A stretch of DNA of 64,000 nucleotides from Eledone cirrhosa (lineage: Eukaryota). Within the stretch, counting starts at the first letter, position 1. Each line of letters begins with the position of its first letter. Location of the stretch: NCBI GenBank assembly GCA_964016885.1, contig OZ024762.1:2852001-2916000 (forward strand), written 5' to 3'. Made by a program: the position numbers and the translations under genes. Of this stretch, positions 1 through 13,977 are shown piece after piece. The notes under the pieces are model-generated. The model saw only the letters and a list, made by a program, of their open reading frames with translations, was not told where the DNA came from and did not search any database.

Positions 1-9
1 GTATGTAAA

Positions 10-46
10 GTCGACATTTCAGACATTAGTCCTTCATCGGAAAATA
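10..46 (-). ncRNA. Degenerate minimal type I hammerhead ribozyme motif (family A short element)
   Basis: Minus strand reads TTTT-CCGATGA-AGGAC-TAAT-GTCT-GAAAT-GTC; homologous to copies at 31513, 35263, 45437 and 56046. Confidence 0.6.
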
Positions 47-149
47 GAAGAAGAATTAGAAAGGTAGATGAAAGTAAGAAAAGAAAGAAAAGGAAGAAAA
101 CATTTTTTTTCACAAGTGGAAAACATGGGTGAATTTAGACAGCCATTGT

Positions 150-205
150 GGTATGTGTGAATGTGTGTGTACATGTATGTGTGTGTATATATATATAGGT
201 ATGTA

Positions 206-266
<61 letters not shown>

Positions 267-740
267 ATATGTATGTGTGTGTACATGTATGTGTGTGCAT
301 ATGTGTGTACATGTATGTGTACATGTATATGTGTCATGTATGTCTGTGTGTGTATATATAGGTATGTGTATGTGTGTGTGTGTATGTATGTATATATGTA
401 TGTGTGTACATGTATATGTGTCATGTATGTCTGTGTGTGTATATATATATAGGTATGTATGTGTGTGTGTGTATGTGTGTGTATGTATGTATGTATGTAT
501 ATATGTATGTGTGTACATGTATGTGTGTGTATATGTATGTGTACATGTATATGTGTCATGTATGTCTGTGTGTATATATATAGGTATGTATGTGTGTGTG
601 TGTATGTATGTATGTATATATGTATGTGTGTGTGTATATGTATGTGTACATGTATGTGTGATGTATGTCTGTGTGTATATGTATATATATAGGTATGTAT
701 GTATGTATGTATGTATGTATGTATGTATGTGTGTGTGTGT

Positions 741-790
<50 letters not shown>

Positions 791-795
791 ATGTA
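150..795. repeat. Compound (TG)n/(TATG)n microsatellite with higher-order duplicated blocks
   Basis: Direct reading; recurring ACATGTATATGTGTCATGTATGTCTGTG blocks. Confidence 0.95.
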
Positions 796-974
796 CGAGA
801 GAGATTGACAGGGGGAGATAACTACCAAAGAGTGACACGATTATCAACAGTTTCGTCTCATTGAAGATTTCCAGAGAAAATCTCTAATCCGTCTAATCCA
901 AGCATTTATTCCGTACGATTGACTTTACTATGTTAGGATTACAGAGGTATTATCTGTGTAATGGAGTTATAAGA

Positions 975-1385
975 GTGGTGGGGGTGGGGGGGGGTAGTGG
1001 TTGTGTGTGGGGGGTGACGGCGCGGGGTGGTGGTTGTGGGGTGATGATGGTAGTGGTGTGTGTGTGTGGGGGGGGTTATGACGGCGCTGGGGGTAGTGGT
1101 TGTGGGGTGGTGATGGTAGTGGGGTGTCTGTGTGTGTGGGGGGGGTATGACGGCAGTGGTGATGGTAATGGTGGTGGGGGGTGATGGTAGTGGCGCTGGT
1201 GGTTGTGATGGTGGAGGTGGTGGTAGTAGTAGTAGTGGTGGTGGTGGTAGTAGTAGTGGTGGTGGTGGTAGTAGTAGTGGAGGTGGTGGTAGTAGTAGTA
1301 GTGGTGGTGGTGGTAGTAGTAGTGGAGGTGGTGGTAGTAGTAGTAGTAGTGGTGGTGGTGGTAGTAGTAGTGGTAGTGGTGATAG
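975..1385. repeat. G-rich (GGT)n/(AGT)n low-complexity tract
   Basis: Direct reading. Confidence 0.9.
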
Positions 1386-1804
1386 TAACCGTCTCCAACT
1401 GATCCGGCTGGATCCCCAAATGGGACCAGCTGAGCCTCAAGGATGTTACCCAACCATCGTTGCCCAGGGTCTACCCCTGGGTCCCCTGCCAGTCGGTTTG
1501 GCCTCTATAATCTGTCCATGTAAGTGTCCATGTTAGGGAGTGATTCCAGGATGACTTGAGACTTGTTTCTAGCAGATTGAGTGACCATGTAGAGCCTCCC
1601 TCATTGGCTTAGTGTCACATTGGCTGAAGAGGTGAGAGAGGGTAGGAGTAGGATGAAGATAGGGTGGGTAGATAGGTGGGTGGGTAGACAGACAGACAGA
1701 CAGACAGATAGGTGGGTAGATAGAGAGAATGTAAGCAGGGGAAAGAGGTTGTGAAAGGGGGAGAAAAGGAAAAAGAAAGGGAGCAAGACAGAGAGAAATA
1801 GGGG

Positions 1805-3165
<1,361 letters not shown>

Positions 3166-3410
3166 GTAAAAGAGAAAGGAAGTGAGTTAAATAGATAAAC
3201 AGAGAGTTAAGTTGATAGATTGCTATGAAGGTAGGTGGGTAGGGGGTGGGTAGACAGGAGGGGGTGGGGAGGTAGACAGGTAAGAAGCTAGGTAAGTACA
3301 TAGAGAGAAGACAGAGATAAGAAGATAGGTAGGTGGATAGATCAATATGTAAATCAATAGACATAGATAGATAGATAGATAGAGAACTAGGAGGATAGAT
3401 GGATAGATAG

Positions 3411-3490
3411 GTAGATAGGGAACCAGGTAGAGAGATAGGGAACCAGGTAGAGAGATAGGGAACCAGGTAGAGAGATAGGGAACCAGGTAG
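3411..3490. repeat. 20-bp minisatellite GGGAACCAGGTAGAGAGATA, about 4 copies, inside a (GATA)n region
   Basis: Direct reading. Confidence 0.85.
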
Positions 3491-3523
3491 ATAAATAGAT
3501 CTAGATAGATGTTGATAAATATA

Positions 3524-3763
3524 TTTCTTTATTTGCCACAAGGGTGCCCAAGAAATGGGACATTACAAGACATGACAGTGGGGATAAATAGATAGCTATA
3601 GATAGATAGATAGATAGGTAGATAGATAAATAGATAGATAAATAGATAGATAGATAGATAGCTATAGATAGATAGATAGATAGGTAGATAGATAATAGAT
3701 ATATTTCTTTATTAGCCACAGGGGCACAAAAGAAGGGGACAAATACAAAGGGGGAAGTTTACA
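3524..3763 (-). mobile_element. Two very short 3'-end copies of the L1/Tx1-like element, each embedded in (GATA)n
   Basis: TTTCTTTATT(T/A)GCCACA(A/G)GGG... at 3524 and 3704 matches the 3' end of the longer copy at 5088-5587. Confidence 0.65.
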
Positions 3764-4033
3764 TATAGATAGATAGATAGATACACAGATAGATAATAGA
3801 TAGATAGATAGATACACAGATAGATAATAGATAGATAGATAGATAGATAGGTAGATAGGTAGATATATTGAGAGATGGTCTGGGGACAGAGGAGGAGAAG
3901 AGAGAACAAATAAAGTAATTTCTTTGAATAATTGAAATTTTATATGATCGATCTTATACACACATATATAAATCTTCACACACACATACAAATACAAATA
4001 TACATGTATATTATGCAAATATGTGTGTATATT

Positions 4034-4088
<55 letters not shown>

Positions 4089-4399
4089 TTGTGTGTGTAT
4101 GTATGTGTATATAGAGAGAGATTAGGAGTTAACCAGTTTAGACTAGTAAGACCATGTTCAGTTAAGTACTCAATACTCGGGAATATATCGTTGTCATCAT
4201 CATCATCATCGTTTTTATAATATATATATATATATATAAACAGGTATGTATGTATATATATATGTATATAAATAAAGATATGTAGGTATATATAAGTTTG
4301 AAACAGGTGATTTCAACAAATATACTCTACATTATATCTTGTACTCATTCTCTTGTTTGTAAATAAGGGGTGACCAACTTAATTGATAATTATTGTGGT

Positions 4400-4515
4400 T
4401 CCCTGTATTCTGAGTTCAAATCCTACGATGGTCAACTTTGCCTGACATAGGGTCAATCCTTTAAGGGTCAATCCTTTAAGGGTCAATGAATGAAGCATCA
4501 ATCCAGGACTTTGGG
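4400..4515 (+). mobile_element. Degraded SINE fragment (Nin-domain-like family)
   Basis: CTGAGTTCAAATCC...GGTCAACTTTGCCT B-box plus body shared with the 7160, 32236 and 61005 copies. Confidence 0.6.
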
Positions 4516-4901
4516 TGGTAGAATTGTTACAGTATCAGACTGGAATTGCTCTGCAGCTTATCTGTTTTATCTCTCACATCCTCTGTCCAGGTCTTCCCGG
4601 GTCTTCCTCCACTGCAGTTACCTTCCACTGGCATTTCTGGGCATATACATAACATTTCCGTACCAACACAGTCTTCTCTCCTGCTTCATTACATCTGATT
4701 TTTCTCGCAGTCAAGATGATGAAGGACCGTGGCGCGTGAAATGGAGGCTGTGCTGCTGGAAAAGACCCGTCCAACCCACGCAAGTTTGGGGGGGGGGGAT
4801 ATAAAATAGCAGCATCAGTGATGATGATGTTGATGAGGGTGATGATGGTGAGAGAGAGAGAGAAAGGGAGACAGAAGGGGATAGATGGATAGATAGATAA
4901 C

Positions 4902-5040
4902 TTTCTTTTTATTTGCCACCAGGGCATCAAAAAGTAGGACAAGTATAATGGGGGGAGTTTACATAAAAAGGCGTCCTCAATAAGGAGGAGGCAATAACAA
5001 GATATAAAAATAAAATAAAATATAACCAAAATAAATTTAC
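4902..5040 (-). mobile_element. 3'-UTR fragment of the L1/Tx1-like element
   Basis: Colinear with 5088-5220 (GGGGAGTTTACA, GTCCTCAATA.GGAGGAGGC). Confidence 0.65.
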
Positions 5041-5087
5041 TAGAAAGATAGACAAATATATAGGTTGATGATGGATAGATAGATATA

Positions 5088-5587
5088 TTTCTATTTATTG
5101 TCACAAGGGCGCAAAAGAAGGGGACAAATACAAGGGGGAGTTTACACAAAAAGGCGAGTAAAGAAAACAAATAACAAATATAAAATTAACAATAAAGTCC
5201 TCAATAGGGAGGAGGCGTTTTGGGGGGTCGCACACACCCCCGAAAAAAGTGTGCAACCCCTTCTCCTCAGGAGCACAGAGAGAGGGTGCTCCCTCGTTCC
5301 TGCCTCTTTTCCACCTACAGGCTGATGTAGAGAGAAGGCCCATTCACACGGGCCATTCTCGCCACTTTCACCCACCCTTCATAAAAACGGCTGGGGTGCA
5401 GCACCTCTCTCTCCATCCTGATCCTTCTTCTGAAATGATATCGGAAGAAACGGACCAGTTGTTGGCCAGAGAGAAAGGTGTCTGACCTCAGTCCTTTCAG
5501 ACGCGTCCACCATACAACCTCTTTCACCATGGCTAGTACGCACAGAAACACCGCCTCTCCTTCATTTTTGAAGCAGGGAGGCGGCTT
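5088..5587 (-). mobile_element. 5'-truncated L1/Tx1-clade LINE: ORF2 C-terminus (5315-5587) plus 3' UTR
   Basis: Translation AVFLCVLAMVKEVVWWTRLKGLRSDTFLSGQQLVRFFRYHFRRRIRMEREVLHPSRFYEGW resembles the K..W..R...F....ER....F..W C-terminus of Tx1/L1 ORF2. AATAAA near the 3' end; (GATA)n on both sides. Confidence 0.65.
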
Positions 5588-6227
5588 AGATAGATAGATA
5601 GATATGTAGAAAGATGGATGGATGGATGGATGGATGTATATATCGATATATAATCTATATATATGTGTGTGTATAGATAGATACATACATATATGGATGG
5701 ATGTATAGATAGATAGATAGAGAGATCAGCAGTGCTCATTTCCAACACGTTTGCTCATTCTCACGCCATGATAGCTTCAATGCCAATGAGATTTCGTGAA
5801 AAACTATATTCCACCATAATTGTGACATTTGCGTTCAGTGTTGGTTGTTTTCAATCGCAAATTCATTGGCTGACAGACTCACCTCAGCCGAACCAATAAA
5901 GAATTTCTGCTTTGTGACTTTTCCTTAATCTTTCCCAGTCAAATATTTCTCTAAATTTTATCAGGCAACACATCAAACTGAGAATATTGTGGGAGGAGGG
6001 GGAGAAAAAACAGAACCAAAAACACACATACACATAACAAAAACACAGACACACACACTCACACACACACAGAAAAAAAAACACACATACAAACAGAGCA
6101 AAACAGACAGACACACACACACACATACAGAACAAAGAAGCACATACACACACAAAAACTATAAAAAAAGGCATATATATAATATATAAATATATATATA
6201 TATATATACATACATACATATATATAC

Positions 6228-6288
<61 letters not shown>

Positions 6289-6677
6289 ACTAATTCTTTC
6301 AGCAACATTCAATAATTCAATATGGCTGCTCAACAGAGAATATTCCCCAATGTAACTTCTAAAGGGAAGAGAACCAACAAAAAAAAAATATGAGAGAAGA
6401 GATGTTTTTTTCCTTTCACTGTTCAGTTTCTTTTAACTCATGGGTTCTTTTGTTAAACAACATAACCTATGCTGGATATATCGGTTTACCTAGATTATCA
6501 CCAATAAATATATATATAGCTGTGTGTGTGTGTGTGTATATGTAGGTGTGTGTATGTACATACGTAGGTGTGTGTGTGTGTATATATATATATATAGGTG
6601 TGTGTATGTACATATGTAGGTGTGTGCGTGTGTGTGTGTGTGTATATATATATAGGTGTGTGTATGTACATATGTAG

Positions 6678-6708
<31 letters not shown>

Positions 6709-6731
6709 GGTGTGTGTATGTACATATGTAG

Positions 6732-6762
<31 letters not shown>

Positions 6763-6785
6763 GGTGTGTGTATGTACATATGTAG

Positions 6786-6843
<58 letters not shown>

Positions 6844-7159
6844 CTATATCTGAGTATATAAGCTGCAATAGATAAGAGGGCTGATTGTGACTGTAGTTGA
6901 ACAACGATGGTCTTGATGGTGGTGATGATGATGATGTGGTGGTTATAATGATGGTGTGGTGGTGGTGGTGGTGGTGGTGATGATGATGATGGTGGTGGTG
7001 GTGATGATTATGATGGGGGTGGGGCGGGGGGGTATAATCATGAAGGGGGTGGTGGTGATGATTATGATGGGGGTGGGGGCGGGGGTGGTATAATCATGAA
7101 GGGGGTGGTGGTGATGATTATGATGGGGATGGTGGTGGTGATGAGTAGAAGAGAGAAGT

Positions 7160-7340
7160 AAAAAGAAATAGCTAGAATGCCTTATGGTATTCGTTTCGTC
7201 GGCTCTCTGAGTTCAAATCCCTCCGAGGTCAACTTTGCCTTTCATCCTTTCATGGTCGATAAAAAAAGTACCAGTCAAGTACTGGGGTTGATTCTTCCTC
7301 TATATTTATTTCTCACTTCCTTCCTCTGGAAGAAATCTAC
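7160..7340 (+). mobile_element. tRNA-derived SINE with Nin-domain-like core
   Basis: GAGTTCAAATCCCTCCGAGGTCAACTTTGCCTTTCATCCTTTC...GTCGATAAA...AGTACCAGT; multi-copy in the window. Confidence 0.8.
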
Positions 7341-7445
7341 CGGAGAGGAGATGACTCCACCAGCTTTCAAAAATGTCCTAGAAACACCGAAAGTCAATAT
7401 GGCGGCCCTACAACTCCTCTGAAGTTACGGGACCATATATATATA

Positions 7446-7780
7446 TCATCATCATCATTTCATTTTATGTCCACTTTTCCCTGCTTGCAGGGGTGGGACG
7501 GGAACTGATTCTGGCTTGATTTCTACAGCTGGATGCCCTTCCTAACACCAACCTTATTTACAGTGAGTGCTGGGTGTTTTTTTGCCGTGGCCCCTCCACG
7601 ACCACTTTGCAGTGGAATGATATGGACCCCAGTCCCTATCATCTCATTTCTACAGCTGAGTAAACTGGAGCAATGTGAAATAAAGTGTCTTGCTCAAGGA
7701 AACAACACATCACCCAGTCTGAGAATTGAACTCACAACCTTTCGATTGCAAGGTTGTGAGTTCAATTCTCAGACCAGGTG

Positions 7781-7786
<6 letters not shown>
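7446..7786 (-). mobile_element. tRNA-derived SINE with RTE-type 3' tail; 5' end folded back
   Basis: Reverse complement of the 44663-45000 element; (CAT)n tail at 7446; inverted arms 7705-7741 and 7750-7786. Confidence 0.85.
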
Positions 7787-7843
<57 letters not shown>

Positions 7844-7879
7844 TAAAAAATGGAAACTATATTTTATAAAACCATATTT

Positions 7880-7943
7880 ATTTCATTATACATATTTCAA
7901 GGGCCACCAGAGCAAACTATGGTGCGCTTTCATCAGATAAAAT
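7880..7943 (-). ncRNA. Type I hammerhead ribozyme (family B), core intact
   Basis: ATTTTAT-CTGATGA-AAGCGCACCA..TGGTGGCCCTT-GAAA-TATGTA-TA-ATGAAAT: 7-bp stem I, stem II, short stem III, AUA triplet. Lies in a ~7835-8122 element flanked by (TA)n. Confidence 0.75.
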
Positions 7944-8894
7944 ATAATATAGGTTAGTTTTATAAATAAATATTGACATACCCTTAAAAAATGCAACCAT
8001 TCTAGTTGGAATTTCCATTTATTAATATATTGTATATTTACTCCAATAATTTGTTGAGTGCTTTATATCAGTTATAAAAATATTTTGCTTGTTGTATCCC
8101 AACAAATTAAATATAACCTCTACATATATATATATGTATATATATATACATATATATATATATATGTATATATATATATGTATGTATATATATATATGTA
8201 TATATATATGTATATATATATGTATATACATATGTATATATATATGTATATATACATAAATGAAATCTGTTATCATCTTCTTGTTCCAACATGGATGTAC
8301 CCCCAACGATTCATTACCGCAATCAGTCAATCTTCAAATAAACACGAGTCTTTTTCAACCATAATTCTGTAGACAAGAATATTTCAACTGATTTACAAAA
8401 TAAAATAATTCACAAGAATTTCTACCAAAAAAAAAATTAATATTTTTATCTTTTATATTTTTCATAATCTATTTAGTTTTTTAGGTTTTTTTCCCAAGAA
8501 AGTTTCTCTTTCAATCAACAGTTTTTAAATAAAAGTGAATCTCTCTCGCGACAATTCTGTAAATACAAATTTTTCTTTCAACTCTCAGATTTTATGTAAA
8601 ATGACACAGAATTTGTTAATGGAATATTTCAGAATAGGTTTTTTTTTTTTAAAGTTTTTTTTCTTCTCTATTTTTTAAAGATGGAATTTGCTCTTTCAAT
8701 CAAAATTCTTCAAATACAATCGATCATAATTCTGTAGATATCATATTTTTTTCTTTCAACCAATTTATATAAACTTATATTAAAGAACTTCAGTATTATG
8801 TAATAGTACTTAAATAATCATTTTTTTTTTTTTGTTAACAATTTTTGCTACTAAACTACTAAAGATCACCTCCGGTTCTGCAAACTTTTCAGTT

Positions 8895-9335
8895 TTAACT
8901 CTTTAGCATTTACATTACTCTATATTTACTATTATATTTTCACAGTAAAGGCTTTACCTCACATAACATTTACATTATTCTATATATACTATTATATTTT
9001 CACAGTAAAGGCTTTACCTCACATAACATTTACATTACTCTATATATACTATTATATTTTCACAGTAAAGGCTTTACCTCACATAACATTTACATTATTC
9101 TATATATACTATTGTATTTTCACAGTAAAGGCTTTACCTCACATAACATTTACATTATTCTATATATACTATTATATTTTCACAGTAAAGCTGTCTCACA
9201 TAATATCGAATCTATGAGATTTTAATATTATTTATTTTGAGAACAACACCTTAACATCAGTATGAGTGGGTAGTTACTGCTGGCTTGAACAGAAAGGAGT
9301 GAGAGAATTCTAGTCGAATACGGCCGGTTTAAATC
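8895..9335 (+). mobile_element. MITE-like element starting TTAACTCTTTAGCATT, with an internal 60-bp tandem array (about 4.7 copies, ~8908-9190)
   Basis: 60-bp periodicity seen directly. The TTAA-type start and GGCCGGTTTAAAT end resemble a piggyBac-like MITE; family assignment from recall. Confidence 0.5.
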
Positions 9336-9479
9336 TTTATATATATGCATTGGAACCTAAAGACTTCATAGTAATATATAAACACAGTCCACCCTGTAAG
9401 ATGGTCCGGTCCTGGCAATAACAAAAATCACCCTGTTTGCTTTGTAGGTTCAATGTTATGTTTTTGATCATGTATATAT

Positions 9480-9573
<94 letters not shown>

Positions 9574-10275
9574 TAAAAGGCAGATACAGAATGAATTAAG
9601 ATATGGGTTGAAGGAGGAAGATGCAAACTGAGCAGAATGGCAGGGAAGAGTGAGAGAGATAGAGAGGCAAAAATGTATAGTTGGAGGCACATACACACAC
9701 ACACAAAACATGTAGACACACACACACACACAAACCATGCAGGCACACACACAGACGTAATTGTCATCTGTTGTGAGGTTTTGTGAGAAGTTGATGGTTT
9801 TTGTTTCACCATTTCTTCATTCTTCTTAATGAAATGGTGTCAACATATATATATATGTATAGACATATGTTATATATATACACATATATATATATGTATA
9901 GACATATGTTATATATATACATATATATATAGAGAGAGAGACATATGTTATATATATATAGACACCCTTGCAAGCAGGGAAAAGCGGACGTAAAATGATG
10001 AGGATGTTGAGACATATGTTATATATATATATATAACATATGTCTCAACAGGGAGCGTGAGCAGACGTGTGAGATACTGAACCCAGCATGACTCCATCGA
10101 AGTGTGTCGGACGGATAATGGCTGATGACCCGTGTGGCAGCAGATACTGACCAGAACTTGTGATGACGTGGAGTCAAAACAGCCAAAGGCATGACAAGAG
10201 TGGAAGTAGGGTTTTTTGAGGGTGTTTTTTTGATGATAACACCCCAGTGATAAAATTTGCTCCGAACGAAACACC

Positions 10276-10366
10276 CGTGTCTGAAGGAACCCGCAGAAGT
10301 AGAATCACCCAGATCCATACAGGGACCATGTCTTGAGCTACATGCCGGTGAAACACTTGTAACACG
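10276..10366 (+). ncRNA. Hammerhead-like motif with extended stem II (family C), at the 3' end of a ~330-bp island in (TA)n
   Basis: CGTGT-CTGAAGGA-ACCCGCA...TGCCGGT-GAAAC-ACTT-GTA-ACACG: perfect 5-bp stem I, GUA triplet, one extra base in the core. Confidence 0.55.
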
Positions 10367-10394
10367 CAATATATATATATATATATATATATAT

Positions 10395-10532
10395 GAAGGC
10401 ACATGGCTTAGTGGTTAGAGCATTGGGCTTGCACTCAAAAGGTTGTGAGTTCAGTTCTCAGACCGGGTGATGTGTTGTGTCCTTGAGCAAGACACTTTAT
10501 TTCACATTGCTCCAGTTTACTCAGCTGTAAAA
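10395..10532 (+). mobile_element. tRNA-derived SINE 5' half
   Basis: A-box TGGCTTAGTGG, B-box GAGTTCAGTTCTC, body TGTCCTTGAGCAAGACACTT; same family as 44663. Confidence 0.85.
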
Positions 10533-10699
10533 TATATATATAGAAATAGAGCGAGAGAGACATATGTTATATATAGCCATGTTATATATATATATGTATA
10601 TATAGACATGTTATATACATACATACGCGCACACACATATATATATCTTTTCTCACTTTCTTTTCTTTCGGTTTTTTCTCAAAGTACTGCCACCTTTAT

Positions 10700-11170
10700 C
10701 ACTACCACTTCCACCACAACCTTCACCACCACCACAACCATCACCACCACCATAACCATCACCACAACCATCACCACCACCACAAACATCACCACCACAA
10801 CCATCATTATTACTGCAAACACCTCCACCATCACTATCTCTCCCGCCATAACCACCATCACCACTACCCCAACACCCCAACCACCACTACCCCACCACCA
10901 CTACTCCACCACCACTACCCCACCACAACCAACACTACCCCACAACCACCACTACGCCACAACCACCACTACCCCACAACCACTGCTACCCCACAACCAC
11001 CGCTACCCCAGAACCACCACAACCTCACCACCACCACCCCAACCACCACTACCTAACCACCACCACCCCAACCACCACTACCCCACAACCACCATTACCT
11101 AACCACCACCACCCTACAACCACCACCACCCCAACCACCATTACCCCCACCACTACCACTACCACATACT
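10700..11170. repeat. (CAC/CAA)n low-complexity tract
   Basis: Direct reading. Confidence 0.9.
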
Positions 11171-11479
11171 AACAAATTTTTTTTTTTCAAAAGTAAAATA
11201 GTGAAGAGGTTGGCATCAAATGTGAGAGAGTTGGCAGTAATGTGTTAATGTCTTCCATTTAGCAGCAGACATGGGGTGGTGGGTGGAAGGTAGTGAGGAA
11301 GGAAGACAAAGAATGAGACAACAGAATTGTGTATCATAGAACCAGAGGTTTTGGGAACGCAACATAACAAAGGTTCTTACATAAAATTATGATGGAAGAC
11401 TTTTACATAAATGTAAACACTTTAAAACAAAACCAAAGTTTAGTATCTTAGAAATAGGAGCTGGGTTCAGATGACTTTG

Positions 11480-11830
11480 AGAGGGGACAGGGGTTAAATG
11501 TTGGTATGAAAGGTCCACTAAATAGATATAAATTTGAGAGGAGAAAAGGGTTTAATGTTGGTGTAGACTGAGGGAATAATAGGGTTAAATTCTGGTGTGA
11601 AAGGTCCACTAAATAGATGTAGATTTGAGGGGGGGAAAGGCGTTAAATGTTGGTGTAGATTTAAGAAGGGGGAAAGGGTTAAATTCTGGTGTGAAAGGTT
11701 GACTAAATAGATGTAGATTTGAGGGGGGTGGGGGGAAAGGCGTTAAATGTTGGTGTAGATTTAAGAAGGGGGAAAGGGTTAAATTCTGGTGTGAAAGGTT
11801 GACTAAATAGATGTAGATTTGAGAGGAGAA
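11480..11830. repeat. ~95-100-bp tandem repeat containing GGGTTAAAT(G/T) motifs
   Basis: GTTAAATGTTGGTGTAGATTT...GGGTTAAATTCTGGTGTGAAAGGT...CTAAATAGATGTAGATTTGAG recurs 3-4 times. Confidence 0.8.
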
Positions 11831-12659
11831 AAGCTGTCATAACGTGTAAAGTGAGAAAAACAAAATGTTTAAATGCAGACGATATATATTGATGGAACTG
11901 ACAGACACTATAAAATATATCTCCCATCATTTTCCTCCTCTCAGTTGAAAACTATATATATATATACACACATATATATACACACACACACATATATATA
12001 TACATATAAAAATTGACATTAAACAGTGATGATGATAATATATATATATATATACACACACATACATACATATTTATATATTTATATATATATATATATT
12101 CATGCATATTCATATACATACTTACATATGTATACATACATATACACTTACATGGATGCATACATAGATACACATGGACACACACAAACATGCATATACA
12201 CACACATGCACATACATATACACACAAATATACATACATATACACACACATATACACACAGATATACATACATATACATACAGATCTACATACATATACA
12301 CACACATATACATACATATACACACACATATACACACAGATATACATACATATACACACACATATACACACACACACACACATATACATACATATACAGA
12401 CATACATACATATACACACACATATACATCATACATAATGCATGGAAGGAAATTAAAAAGATTATAAAAGACAGTAGGGAGTGTTAAAAGGAATTTCATT
12501 TGAAAAGATGAAACATTAAGTGGATGGGGATTATGGCGGAGGCGAGTGTAAGAATAATAAGAGACAAGTGTGATGGCGATGATGATGATGATGCTTTCTT
12601 TATTAACCACAAGGGTTGACATAAAGTATAACATTAAGGACAGTGGAGGGGGGGGGGGC

Positions 12660-13472
12660 AGAGGATGGTAGAGGATGGTAGAGGATGGCAGATGACCGTA
12701 GAGGACTGTACAGGGTGGTAGAGTATGGCAGAGGACGGTAGAAGAGGGTTGAGGACGGCAGAGGATCGTAGAGGATGACACAGGACGGTACAGGACGGTA
12801 GAGGATGACACAGGACGGTAGAGGATGACACAGTACAGTACAGGATGACACAGTACAATACAGGATGACACACGACGGTACAGGACGGTAGAGGATGACA
12901 CAGGACGGTAGAGGATGACACAGTAAAGTACAGGATGACACAGTACAGTACAGGATGACACAGTACAATACAGGATGACACACGACGGTAAAGGACGGTA
13001 GAGGATGACACAGGACGGTAGAGGATGACACAGTACAGTACAGGATGACACAGTACAGTACAGGATGACACAGTACAGTACAGGATGACACACGACGGTA
13101 CAGGACGGTAGAGGATGACACAGTACAGTACAGGATGACACAGTACAATACAGGATGACACACGACGGTACAGGACGGTAGAGGATGACACAGGACGGTA
13201 GAGGATGACACAGTACAGTACAGGATGACACACGACGGTACAGGACGGTAGAGGATGACACAGGACGGTAGAGGATGACACAGTACAGTACAGGATGACA
13301 CAGTACAGTACAGGATGACACACGACGGTACAGGACGGTAGAGGATGACACAGTACAGTACAGGATGACACAGTACAGTACAGGATGACACAGTACAGTA
13401 CAGGATGACACAGTACAGGATGACACACGACGGTACAGGACGGTAGAGGATGACACAGGACGGTAGAGGATG
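12660..13472. repeat. Modular minisatellite of interchangeable 10-mers
   Basis: Modules (G/C)AGGATGACA, CA(G/C)GACGGTA and CAGTACAGTA in shuffled order, kept in 10-bp register. Confidence 0.95.
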
Positions 13473-13552
13473 GTTCAAATATGTATTTCTGCGTGTAAAA
13501 GCACAAAATTATAAATAATGTAAATATTAATAATGATGATAATAATAATAAT

Positions 13553-13780
13553 TGTTTCTACTTTTGCACAAGACCAGCAATTACTCAGTGTATTACTGGT
13601 ACTTTATTTTATCGACCCCGTAAGGATGAAAGGTAAAGTTAACCTCGGCGGGATTTGAACTCAAATCATAAAGGGCCGTAACTCTATTTTGCAAAGCATG
13701 GTGTCCGACCCTCGATGTTGATGATGATAATGGTTTCTACTTTTGGCAACAAAGCCAGCAATTACCCCAGTGTATTACTG
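13553..13780 (-). mobile_element. Nin-domain-like SINE with a duplicated 3' tail
   Basis: Close reverse complement of 32236-32421; tail repeated at 13733-13780. Confidence 0.85.
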
Positions 13781-13977
13781 TGATGCTGATGGTGATGATG
13801 GTAGTTGCAGATTAAAGATTAGAAATTAAAAAAAGAAGAAAATTAGGGGACCGCTAACGACATAGTAAGAGTAATATTGTATAATATACTGAAATAAGGT
13901 AGAAAGATGGGTATATTTGTAAAAAATATAAAAGCGTTTGAGAAAAGAAGATTTTAAACTAATTAGGTAGTAAGGTA

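Noticed and set aside
10395-10470. tRNA gene
   Set aside because: A/B boxes run into a multi-copy SINE body; no proper acceptor stem or terminator.
12122-13506. Cys-rich 290-444-aa ORFs
   Set aside because: Products of the 10-mer satellite, open in all three minus frames.
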